From positions 1,385,367 to 1,449,366 of the forward strand of contig OZ255830.1 of the NCBI GenBank assembly GCA_965277685.1: a DNA stretch of 64,000 nucleotides, given 5' to 3'. The notes under the pieces are model-generated. The model was not told where the DNA came from, ran no database searches, and saw nothing but the letters and a program-made list of their open reading frames with translations. This DNA is from Alphaproteobacteria bacterium. GTDB lineage: Bacteria > Pseudomonadota > Alphaproteobacteria > GM7ARS4 > CBDIDI01. Position numbers and translations under genes: made by a program. Below are positions 1 through 8,316 of this stretch, in pieces (within the stretch, counting starts at the first letter, position 1; every line of letters starts with the position of its first letter).

Positions 1-1397
1 ATTCGGATGCGGCGCATGACGCATCGCGCGAACACTACGGTCGGGATGTTGATTTGCGTCAAGATGAAGATGTTCTCGATACGTGGTTTTCATCGGCATT
101 ATGGCCATTTTCAACCTTGGGATGGCCGGACGATAGCCCATGTTTGAAACGCTATTACCCGGGCGAGGTGTTGGTCACCGGTTTCGATATTATCTTTTTT
201 TGGATAGCGCGGATGATCATGCTGGGCCTGTATGTCATGGATGACGTGCCGTTTCGGGTCGTGCATGTGCATGCCCTGGTGCGTGATAGTCAGGGGCAAA
301 AGATGTCCAAATCACGCGGCAATGTGGTTAATCCGCTAAAATTGGTGGAACGTTATGGTGCCGATGCCCTCCGCTTTACTTTGGCGGCGCTTGCCGTGCC
401 CGGGCGTGACGTTCGTTTGGATGAAGAACGATTGCGCGGCTATCGTAACTTTGCCACCAAGATATGGAATGCGGCCCGTTTTTGTCAGATGAGAGAGATC
501 ACACCCGTTGCCGATTTTGACCCCGGGGCGTGTTGCAAGCCACTTAATATTTGGCTTATGCGCGAATTGGCGGATGCCGGTGCGTCGATTGGGAAGTCCC
601 TCGCGGATGGACGCTTTGATGAAGCGACCGGATCCGTGTATCGCGTCATTCGTTCGGTTTTTTGCGATTGGTATCTCGAGCTTGCAAAACTCCGCCTTAG
701 CGGGGACAATTCCTGCGTCGAGACGCGCCGATCGTGCGCGTTTGCGTTCGATGTGGCCTTGCGATTATTGGCACCGTTCATGCCCTTTATCAGTGCCGAA
801 TTGCGCCGTTCGCTTGGGTTTGGCGATGTTGCGACAATGGCCCGATGGCCCGATGTGACGCTGCCCCCGAACGTGGCGAAAAAGGGCGATGATGTTGCGA
901 TTCTGATCCGCTATATCGGGGCCCTTCGCACGGCCCGCAGCGATGCCGGGATACCGGCGGGGCATCCCTTGCCTTTAGTGGCCGGCCTCGATCGAAGCCA
1001 TGCCCGAATCGTTGATGATTGGCGCGATGAAATCGCGCGTCTGGCGCGACTTGAAAAAATCACTATCGCCGCGCCGCTTGGCGGTCATGGGCGGGATGCG
1101 CGGAAAAACACGAAAGAGGAACGGGATCGCAATGCGATTCGCATGCATGTTCCGGGCGGTGTGTTCTTATTGTCGGTTGGCGATGTGGTTGATCTGGATC
1201 GGGCGCGCGATCGGTTGCAAAAACAAATTGATGAAAAGAAGATCGAGATGGATCGATGCCAGGCTAAAATCGGCAATCGTCAATTCATGGATAAGGCCCC
1301 CTCCCATATTATTGAAAATCATCGCCGGCGCCTGCAACGGGCAAAGGACGATGTGGCCGGTCTTGATGATGCGCTGCGCCGCCTTGGTGACCGATAG
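1..1397 (+). CDS. valS: valyl-tRNA synthetase, C-terminal ~460 aa (5' end is upstream of the window)
   Basis: Frame is open from the window edge to TAG at 1395-1397. Class I aaRS KMSKS motif (KMSKSRGN). ValRS-type segment DVLDTWFSSALWPFSTLGWPD and GYRNFATKIWNAARF. C-terminal coiled-coil tail. Confidence 0.9.
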   Translation, partial: SDAAHDASREHYGRDVDLRQDEDVLDTWFSSALWPFSTLGWPDDSPCLKRYYPGEVLVTGFDIIFFWIARMIMLGLYVMDDVPFRVVHVHALVRDSQGQKMSKSRGNVVNPLKLVERYGADALRFTLAALAVPGRDVRLDEERLRGYRNFATKIWNAARFCQMREITPVADFDPGACCKPLNIWLMRELADAGASIGKSLADGRFDEATGSVYRVIRSVFCDWYLELAKLRLSGDNSCVETRRSCAFAFDVALRLLAPFMPFISAELRRSLGFGDVATMARWPDVTLPPNVAKKGDDVAILIRYIGALRTARSDAGIPAGHPLPLVAGLDRSHARIVDDWRDEIARLARLEKITIAAPLGGHGRDARKNTKEERDRNAIRMHVPGGVFLLSVGDVVDLDRARDRLQKQIDEKKIEMDRCQAKIGNRQFMDKAPSHIIENHRRRLQRAKDDVAGLDDALRRLGDR

Positions 1398-1608
1398 CCG
1401 CTTCGACGGCAAGGCGCCGGTCGGCACGATATGCACCCAATAGAGGGCAATAGAGGGCGATAGAGGGAATGCAAGCGCATCATGATGCGGGGTTGCCGAT
1501 CGTCACTTGGCCGGTGTCCACCCGATATTTACCCGATAATGTATAAGGGAAGGTGCCGACGTGCGATGCGACGGGTGACTTAATACTCCGCAGGTTAAAC
1601 CGAATATT

Positions 1609-1760
1609 GGGCCGGACAACCGACGGGACAACCGACGGGATGATGGGCCGGATAATCGACCGGATGATGGGCCGGATAACCGACGGGACAACCGACGGGA
1701 TGATCGACCGGATAATGGGCCAGATAACCGACCGGATGATGGGCCGGATAATCGAATGGA
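1609..1760. repeat. ~13 tandem copies of a degenerate 12-bp unit (ggatgatgggcc / ggataa[ct]cgacc / gacaaccgacgg) between the convergent valS and phaR
   Basis: 12-bp periodicity is directly visible. The ORFs drawn through it on either strand (1553..2032 +, 1503..1799 -) are just the repeat translated (GRIIDRMMGRITDGTTDG... / RLSGPSSGRLSGP...). Confidence 0.8.
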
Positions 1761-1814
1761 TATTGGGGGCACGGAGTCATCGTTCGGCATCCGTTGCAAC
1801 GGGAATGGTGGCGC

Positions 1815-2567
1815 TTATGAAGGTTTGGTCGCGATTTTTTTGCGCAGGGCGGCAACTTCGGCTTCCAATTCCCGGATGCGGCGATTATCGGTTTCGTCAC
1901 TTTCCTTATCGTCGGCGACATTCTCGTCGTTCCTCTGCCCCTCTTGCGTGGAAAGCCCACCGGGCAGGAATAAACGCATGGAATCGCGCATCATCTGACT
2001 TTGTTTTCGCCCCAAATCATCAAGGCTTTTAGGAAAATCCTCGGATAGGAAAAAATTGCCGTTCTTGAGCATCATTTGACGCATATCGTCCTGATGGGCC
2101 GTGAACTTGGTGATGGCTCCTTGCAGATAATCGGGTAAGAGCGAACGGATATTCTTGTCGTAATAATAGATGAGTTGGCGAAGGAATTCGGTCGGCAGCA
2201 AGGATGTTTGCTTGCCTTCGTTATCGAATATGATTTGGGCAAGGGTTGCGCGGGTCAGATCGGCCCCGTTTTTCGCATCGACAACCTTTACCGTGATGCC
2301 GGAACGAACCAAGACGGCAAGATCGTCCAAGGTGATATATCGACTCTTTGCCGAGTTATACAAACGGCGATTTGGATATTTCTTGATAACCAAAATATCG
2401 CCATCGCGGGCATTCGCATTATTCGTGCGGCGTCCCTTTCCGGCGTTATCACGATCGGGATCGTTCCCATCAAAGTTTTCGTTTTTGCGGGCGTGTCCGT
2501 CCGTGCCTTGGGGGGCATCGGGACGATCCGATCGGGCGTGTTTTTTTTCTGAAGAGGCCTGATTCAT
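1815..2567 (-). CDS. phaR: polyhydroxyalkanoate synthesis repressor PhaR (start uncertain; alternative ATG at 2612)
   Basis: Conserved PhaR N-terminal DNA-binding block LVIKKYPNRRLYNSAKSRYITLDDLAVLVRSGITVKVVDAKNGADLTRATLAQII plus the PhaR C-terminal region. The long low-complexity N-terminal extension in the maximal ORF suggests the internal ATG at 2567. Confidence 0.8.
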   Translation of the reverse strand: MNQASSEKKHARSDRPDAPQGTDGHARKNENFDGNDPDRDNAGKGRRTNNANARDGDILVIKKYPNRRLYNSAKSRYITLDDLAVLVRSGITVKVVDAKNGADLTRATLAQIIFDNEGKQTSLLPTEFLRQLIYYYDKNIRSLLPDYLQGAITKFTAHQDDMRQMMLKNGNFFLSEDFPKSLDDLGRKQSQMMRDSMRLFLPGGLSTQEGQRNDENVADDKESDETDNRRIRELEAEVAALRKKIATKPS

Positions 2568-2687
2568 GCGTGGAAATATAAGCTTTTTTTCCCATCTAAT
2601 CCAGCTTTTCATCCCGTGCTTTCTTTCGTGTTTCGAAATTCCCTTTTTTCTTAGGCTCGGTGATTCAATCGTGCCGATCGACGGGAT

Positions 2688-3326
2688 ATGTCGGCGTGCC
2701 TTTCGCCATCGTTAAATTGGCGGTATAATGAACCGGATATGGTGGAAAAAGATAATGAACAATTGGCCGATCTGGCCGGTAAATTGCTTGATCTATGGCA
2801 GGATCAAGCATCGGCCATGATGTCCGACCCGCGTTCCGCCGTCTTTTTTTTCCAATGGATGTCCGCGATGATGGACGCGCATCAATCCGGCGTGTCTTCC
2901 ACCGATACCAAGCGGCAAGACGCATCCTTGACAGATAAAGGGACGGGACAATGGCAAGAAAAAAAGACTCAAAAAGAAGGGCAAACGCCGAACATCGATC
3001 GGCGGGGGTGGGATCCTTCCGTTTTTCGTCAAGGTTTTGGCTATAATGAATTCCTCAAGGCCTGCAAGGCATGGAACGCCTTTGCGGGAAAAGACGTCGC
3101 CATCCCGGGCGGGGCCTCGGCACAAGGATTGGCCGACGCGTCTGGGCCCGCGACCGCTACCGATGCATCTATTTCCGGCAATGATAACCTGGATGACATC
3201 ACCACTCGCTTGGATTGCCTTGAGAGACGGCTTGATCGTATGGAAAGATCAAAAAAAAGCCGAAGACCTGCGCCGACAACTGCTTCGGTACCCGGTGTCG
3301 GACGGGGGGGCAAAAGCCAAGGATAA
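2688..3326 (+). CDS. putative PHA synthase subunit PhaE-like protein / hypothetical (212 aa)
   Basis: Lies directly upstream of, and overlaps in another frame, a class-III-type phaC, which is the phaE position in phaEC operons. W/Q-rich N-terminus (LLDLWQDQASAMM...FFFQWMSAMMDAHQ) and a coiled-coil C-terminus (LDDITTRLDCLERRLDRMER). No motif-level proof. Confidence 0.35.
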   Translation: MSACLSPSLNWRYNEPDMVEKDNEQLADLAGKLLDLWQDQASAMMSDPRSAVFFFQWMSAMMDAHQSGVSSTDTKRQDASLTDKGTGQWQEKKTQKEGQTPNIDRRGWDPSVFRQGFGYNEFLKACKAWNAFAGKDVAIPGGASAQGLADASGPATATDASISGNDNLDDITTRLDCLERRLDRMERSKKSRRPAPTTASVPGVGRGGKSQG

Positions 3327-4470
3327 GAGTTGCGAAGATCACAATTCCGGGGCCAAGGATAAGAGTTGCGAAGATCGCAATTCCGGAAATGCAACGGGCA
3401 ATGAAATTCGGTTTTTGCAGCACTTGAACGCGCACGGGCAACGGCGGTGCGCGGATTTTGTTGACGGTATTCTCGCGTATCGAAGACAAAGCGATATCGG
3501 ATTTGGGGCGCGGCGCGGCCGCCACCGCGAGCAACGCCGGGTGATTTGGCGTGACGGTGATAGTACATTGCGCGATTACGGAACCGGGGGCAAAGTGCCC
3601 CTCCTTGTCGTGCCTTCTTTGGTCAATCGTGCGTGGATTTTGGATCTGATCGAAGGGCAAGGTTTTTTGAGTTATATGGCCGAAAACGGCATCCATCCCC
3701 TCCTTTTGGATTGGGGTGAACCGGGTGACGCCGAGCGTTGCTTCGGCTTTGATGCCTATATTGCGCGTCTTACGAAAGCCCTGGCCGTGGCCAATCGTTT
3801 CTTTGCGCGTCCGCCGATTCTGCTTGGATACTGCATGGGGGGTAATTTGGCGATGGCGGCAGCCGTGTTATCACCCCGGATGGTCGGTGGTTTGGTTTTG
3901 CTTGCCACTCCCTGGGATTTTCATGTCGATGGCCAGAAAGAGCGCATGGTACCGGTGGCCATGGCCCGGCAGATGATCGACGCGGCCAAAAGATATTTTG
4001 GCACTATTCCGGTCGATGTCATGCAAATGTTTTTCATGGGACATAATCCGTTTGGAGCGGCGGAGAAATTTCGCAACTTCACCAAACTGGATGATGATGC
4101 GCGGTATTATTTCACGGCTCTTGAAGATTGGTTGAACGATGGCGTCGATTTGACGGTGCCATTGGCGCGTCAATGTCTTCTTGAATGGTATGATCGTAAT
4201 GATCCGGCCCAAGGAAGATGGAAGGTGTCCGGGCGCATCATTGACCCGGCGCGTTGGACGGGACGTTCTTTGGCGGTCATTCCATCGGTTGATCGTATCG
4301 TGCCGCCGCAATCGTCGATGGCTCTTGCCCGCCTTCTCGTCGGGGGTGCGTGCCAGCGTCCCGAATTAGGCCATGTCGGACTGATGGCCAGTCGTCGGGC
4401 CAAGGATGAATCTTGGTCGTTTATCGGTGATTGGATCCGCACGACGGGACTTGCGAAAGCCGATTCTTAG
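3295..4470 (+). CDS. phaC: poly(R)-hydroxyalkanoic acid synthase, class III PhaC-type catalytic subunit (start uncertain, somewhere in 3295-3424; GTG 3295 or TTG 3415/3424)
   Basis: Block-by-block match to class III PhaC: PLLVVPSLVNRAWILDLIEGQGF, LLDWGEPGDAER, lipase box GYCMGG, and a C-terminal alpha/beta-hydrolase region. The maximal ORF (from 3037) has a Pro/Arg-rich N-terminus that is really phaE-like DNA read in another frame. No in-frame ATG lies between 3327 and the conserved core. Confidence 0.75.
   Translation: MSDGGAKAKDKSCEDHNSGAKDKSCEDRNSGNATGNEIRFLQHLNAHGQRRCADFVDGILAYRRQSDIGFGARRGRHREQRRVIWRDGDSTLRDYGTGGKVPLLVVPSLVNRAWILDLIEGQGFLSYMAENGIHPLLLDWGEPGDAERCFGFDAYIARLTKALAVANRFFARPPILLGYCMGGNLAMAAAVLSPRMVGGLVLLATPWDFHVDGQKERMVPVAMARQMIDAAKRYFGTIPVDVMQMFFMGHNPFGAAEKFRNFTKLDDDARYYFTALEDWLNDGVDLTVPLARQCLLEWYDRNDPAQGRWKVSGRIIDPARWTGRSLAVIPSVDRIVPPQSSMALARLLVGGACQRPELGHVGLMASRRAKDESWSFIGDWIRTTGLAKADS
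3316..3387 (+). repeat. perfect-but-one 36-bp tandem duplication (2 copies) inside the 5' region of phaC
   Basis: gccaaggataagagttgcgaagatc[a/g]caattccgg[g/a] twice. In frame, encoding AKDKSCEDHNSG / AKDKSCEDRNSG. Confidence 0.9.
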
Positions 4471-4615
4471 CGATAGGGTAGGAATTGATTTTGCTCTTGC
4501 CGGGGTTGTTGCGGTTTCGTCGTTTTGGCTATGATTGTGCCTTGCGACGGCGTGTCGACCCGCACGATGTGGCTTGAGTTATTCTTGTTTTGGCAATGAC
4601 TTTAGGTGAGAGAGA

Positions 4616-5800
4616 ATGAACGGAAAAAATGATGTCGTAATCGTATCGGCGGCACGCACGCCAATCGGCTCCTTTCTTGGTGGATTATCGGGGCAGAGTG
4701 CGCGCAAATTAGGCGCGGCGGCCATCACCGGGGCGCTGTCGCGGGCAAACATTGCGGCGGATACCGTCGATGAGGTTATCATGGGGCAGGTCATTACGGC
4801 GGCCTGTGGTCAAAATCCGGCGCGCCAGGCGGCGATTGATGCCGGCATCCCCCAGGAAAGAACGGCCATGACGGTCAATCAGGTTTGCGGATCCGGATTG
4901 CGCGCGGTTGCTCTTGCCGCACAGGCCATTGCCCTTGGCGATGATGATGTTGTGGTTGCCGGGGGGCAAGAAAGCATGAGTTTATCTCCGCACGCGGCCT
5001 ATTTGCGGACAGGGCGTAAAATGGGGGATATGAAATTTACCGACACGATGATTCGAGACGGTCTTTGGTGTTCGTTTAACGACTATCATATGGGTTTGAC
5101 GGCCGAAAACGTTGCCCGCCGGTGGAAGTTGTCCCGTGATGACCAAGATCGTTTTGCCGTTCATTCGCAAAACAAAGCGGAAAAGGCGCAAAAAGATGGA
5201 AAATTCAACGATGAAATCATTCCCTTTACGGTAACGCACCGCAAGGGTGAAACGATCATCAAGGATGATGAATACCCGCGCCATGGCACCGATATGAACA
5301 CGATGGCCAAGCTTCGCGCTGCCTTCGATCGTGAAGGTACGGTGACGGCGGGTAACGCGTCCGGCCTTAACGATGGCGCGGCGGCATTGGTTATGATGTC
5401 TCGGAACGTGGCGGAAAAACGTGGAATCGCCCCGATGGCATCGATTGTTTCATGGGCCAGTGCCGGGGTCGATCCGGCATTGATGGGAACGGGCCCTATC
5501 CCGGCCAGCCGCAAGGCTTTGGAAAAAGCCGGGTGGGGTGTTGACGAACTTGATCTGATTGAGGCGAACGAAGCGTTCGCGGCGCAGGCATGCGCCGTCA
5601 ATAAAGAAATGGGATGGGATCAAGAAAAGGTCAACGTCAATGGCGGTGCTATTGCCCTTGGTCATCCGATCGGTGCTTCCGGCGCGCGTGTCCTTGTCAC
5701 TCTCGTGCACGAAATGGGCCGACGTGATGCCAAAAAAGGCCTTGCTACTTTGTGTATCGGTGGCGGAATGGGCATTGCCGTGTGTATTGAACGCCGCTAG
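4616..5800 (+). CDS. phaA: acetyl-CoA acetyltransferase (beta-ketothiolase)
   Basis: Thiolase N-terminus [14 protein letters not shown]. Active-site regions [10 protein letters not shown] and [11 protein letters not shown]. 394 aa. Sits directly upstream of phaB. Confidence 0.9.
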   Translation: MNGKNDVVIVSAARTPIGSFLGGLSGQSARKLGAAAITGALSRANIAADTVDEVIMGQVITAACGQNPARQAAIDAGIPQERTAMTVNQVCGSGLRAVALAAQAIALGDDDVVVAGGQESMSLSPHAAYLRTGRKMGDMKFTDTMIRDGLWCSFNDYHMGLTAENVARRWKLSRDDQDRFAVHSQNKAEKAQKDGKFNDEIIPFTVTHRKGETIIKDDEYPRHGTDMNTMAKLRAAFDREGTVTAGNASGLNDGAAALVMMSRNVAEKRGIAPMASIVSWASAGVDPALMGTGPIPASRKALEKAGWGVDELDLIEANEAFAAQACAVNKEMGWDQEKVNVNGGAIALGHPIGASGARVLVTLVHEMGRRDAKKGLATLCIGGGMGIAVCIERR

Positions 5801-5932
5801 ACCATTGGTTGTTTCGATTTTATTTTCATCGTAATAGAGGTTCTTTGATCGATTATACCGATCCGACGCGTTTCGATAACGGTCGATCCATCGTTTAACC
5901 CCAAAAATTATTTACCCTTAAAGGAGTTTTTT

Positions 5933-6655
5933 ATGACAAGAATTGCACTCGTCACCGGCGGCACACGTGGTATAGGAGCCGCTATCGCCAAGGCATTAAA
6001 AGCGGCCGGCTATCGCGTTGCCGCCAATTATCACGGCAATGCCAAAGCGGCACAGGCCTTCCATAAGGAAACGGAAATCCCGGTTTATTCGTGGGACGTA
6101 TCCGATTTTGATGCTTGTGCCAAAGGCGTCAAGCAAGTGGAAGCCGACCTTGGCAAAGTCGAAGTGCTGGTGAACAATGCCGGGATTACCCGTGATATGT
6201 CCATGCACAAAATGACATTGGACGCTTGGAATGCGGTTATCACGACGGATCTTAACTCCGTTTTTTATATGACCCATGCCATTTATCCGGCGATGCGCGA
6301 GGCCGGGTTTGGTCGAATCATCAATATTTCTTCGATCAATGGGCAAAGAGGTCAATTTGGCCAGGTCAATTATGCCGCGGCCAAGGCCGGAATGGTTGGC
6401 TTTACCAAATCCCTCGCTTTGGAAGGTGCGGCCAAGGGCATCACCGCGAATGTGATTGCGCCCGGATATATTATGACCGATATGGTGGCGGCTATGCCGA
6501 AAGAGATTCTGGCTAAAACGGCTACCTATATTCCCGTTCGCCGTCTTGGTGAGGTGGATGAAATCTCTCGCATTGCCGTCTTTCTTGCCGCCGATAATGC
6601 GGGATTTATCACTGGATCGACAATATCGGTAAATGGTGGGCAATACATGATCTGA
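5933..6655 (+). CDS. phaB: acetoacetyl-CoA reductase (SDR family)
   Basis: MTRIALVTGGTRGIGAAIAKAL Rossmann motif. NNAGITRD. YAAAKAG catalytic YxxxK. 240 aa. Follows phaA. Confidence 0.9.
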   Translation: MTRIALVTGGTRGIGAAIAKALKAAGYRVAANYHGNAKAAQAFHKETEIPVYSWDVSDFDACAKGVKQVEADLGKVEVLVNNAGITRDMSMHKMTLDAWNAVITTDLNSVFYMTHAIYPAMREAGFGRIINISSINGQRGQFGQVNYAAAKAGMVGFTKSLALEGAAKGITANVIAPGYIMTDMVAAMPKEILAKTATYIPVRRLGEVDEISRIAVFLAADNAGFITGSTISVNGGQYMI

Positions 6656-6697
6656 CGGAGATCACTGGTGGGCACCGGGGGCCGGGGGCACCCGGCG

Positions 6698-7238
6698 TGC
6701 TTTAGCCATCGGGAATGCACCCGGCGTGGTTCACGCTGCCCCGTGGATCATGCTGCCTTCGTTCATGTTGCCCCCGTTTACGCTGCCCCCCCCGTTCACG
6801 TTGCCCATGCGTTTGATGTTTCCGTGTCCGGTGTTTTGGGTGTGATGTTGGAAAATGCGGATAAGGTCGCGAACGGGTATGGTTTGCGGCCATTCGATCG
6901 GGGGCGAGGCCGCTCGGATTTTCCTTAGCCGCCCTTTTTTAGCTACCTATTTTTAGTCATTGGGTCTTTAGCCATCGGGAATGCACCCGGCGTGGTTCAT
7001 GTTGCCTCCGTTCATGTTGCCCCCGTTTACGCTGCCCCCCGTTCACGTTGCCCATGCGTTTGATGTTTCCATGTCCGGTGTTTTGGGGGTGATGTTGAAA
7101 AATGCGGATAAGGTCGCGAACGGGTATGGCTTGCGGCCATTCGATCGGGAGCGAGGCCGCTCGGATTTTCCTTAGCCGCCCTTTTTTAGCTACCTATCTT
7201 TAGTCATTGAGGCTTTAGCCATCGGGTCCTTAGCCGCC
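6698..7238. repeat. two tandem copies of a ~270-bp module, with an internal 12-nt sub-repeat (gttca[ct]gttgcc) in each
   Basis: Copy 1 (~6698-6968) and copy 2 (~6969-7238) align with only a few substitutions. Each carries a conserved small ORF ending ...VHVAHAFDVS[V/M]SGVLGVML[E/K]NADKVANGYGLRPFDR[G/E]RGRSDFP. Confidence 0.85.
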
Positions 7239-8015
7239 GGGGGTGCGGCGGAAGGTGTTGCGTTGGCCGCGAATTTGACGGAATACTTCGGTCGGATGGG
7301 AATCGGCCATGCCGATCGCGGCTTTGAATTCCGCCTCCGCGCAGCGCAAAAACGGATTGCAGGCGATTTCCTCACCAAGATTGCCCGGGACGGTCGGTTG
7401 ATCTTTCCGGCGAAGATCGTCAATGCGTTTCTTATACGCTTGAATCTTCGGGTTGTCGGGTTCCAAGGATAGGGCAAATTCCGCATTGACGGCGGTGTAT
7501 TCGTGCCCACAATAAACCTTTGTGTCCGGGGGTAATTGGCGCATGCGATCCAATGATTCCCACATTTGTTCCGATGTTCCTTCAAACACCCGACCACAGC
7601 CGCCGATAAACAAAGCATCGCCGCAAAAAAGAGCTTTTTCAGTCGCGAAATAATATCCGATATGTCCGGCCGTATGCCCGGCAATATCCATCACGTCGGC
7701 TTTGGTATTTCCCAGGGAAAAGGTGTCCGAAGGATTCAACGTAACGGAAAGATCGGCGATGGCCTCCGCCTCGCTGGCGGGGCCGACAATTTGACACCCC
7801 GTTCGGGCGACCAATTCCTGATTGCCACCGGTGTGATCCCAATGGTGATGTGTAATCAAGATAAAATCGAGCTCGTACCCATGTGTCTTACATGCGGCAA
7901 GAACGGGTTCACTGTCGCCCGGATCGATGATAGCGGTAATGTCCTTACCGTCATCGTGAAGCAGGAACGTGTAATTGTCTTCCAGAATGGGAAGAACATC
8001 AATATGCAAAGCCAT
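7230..8015 (-). CDS. gloB: hydroxyacylglutathione hydrolase (glyoxalase II)
   Basis: Metallo-beta-lactamase motif ITHHHWDHTGG. GloB-type C-terminal domain. Start placed at MALHIDVLPILEDNYTFLL (ATG at 8015); the ORF-track N-terminal extension was discarded. Confidence 0.85.
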   Translation of the reverse strand: MALHIDVLPILEDNYTFLLHDDGKDITAIIDPGDSEPVLAACKTHGYELDFILITHHHWDHTGGNQELVARTGCQIVGPASEAEAIADLSVTLNPSDTFSLGNTKADVMDIAGHTAGHIGYYFATEKALFCGDALFIGGCGRVFEGTSEQMWESLDRMRQLPPDTKVYCGHEYTAVNAEFALSLEPDNPKIQAYKKRIDDLRRKDQPTVPGNLGEEIACNPFLRCAEAEFKAAIGMADSHPTEVFRQIRGQRNTFRRTPGG

Positions 8016-8142
8016 GAGAATCCACCATGCGATTAATTCAACCAAGCAAGATATACGCAATTTTGATGTTTGTGCCAAGTCACAATACGGGTCATCGGTA
8101 TTTTCGTCGGCAATCAAAACGTCCCGAGAAACATCCGAAATA

Positions 8143-8153
8143 CCCCCCCCCCC
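8143..8153. repeat. homopolymeric C11 tract in the gloB / rodZ-like divergent intergenic region
   Basis: tacccccccccccgg read directly from the sequence. Confidence 0.9.
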
Positions 8154-8316
8154 GGAACACGGGAACACGATGGTTGAACGGTCTTTCGTGATGTCCCGCA
8201 AATCACATATGGAGGATGGCAACTTCCGGTCGTTTTTTATCTAGGCCATGGGGCAAAAGCATTGTCGGATTATGCGTTTTGGTATAGGCTCGGGGGGCCA
8301 AGGGAGGTAGAACGTT

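Noticed and set aside
1503-2032. ORFs 1553..2032 (+) and 1503..1799 (-) of 98-159 aa
   Set aside because: They are translations of the 12-bp tandem repeat (periodic GRIIDRMMG / RLSGPSSGR). There is no protein-like composition, and they overlap the real phaR.
3037-3294. N-terminal ~85 aa of ORF-track ORF 3037..4470 (MAIMNSSRPARHGTPLREKTSPSRAGPRHKDW...)
   Set aside because: Pro/Arg-rich composition. It is the phaE-like gene read in another frame. Class III PhaC homology only begins downstream, so the start was moved.
6668-7175. Small ORFs 6668..6928 and 6981..7175 (+) listed as features
   Set aside because: Not rejected as observations (see the finding). They are not called as CDS because the evidence is limited to conservation between the two repeat copies, with no recognisable family and no clear RBS.
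7230-8222. N-terminal 69-aa extension of the gloB ORF (start at 8222)
   Set aside because: GloB homology starts at MALHIDVLPILEDNYTFLL (ATG 8015). The extension is Cys/Gly-rich and non-conserved-looking.
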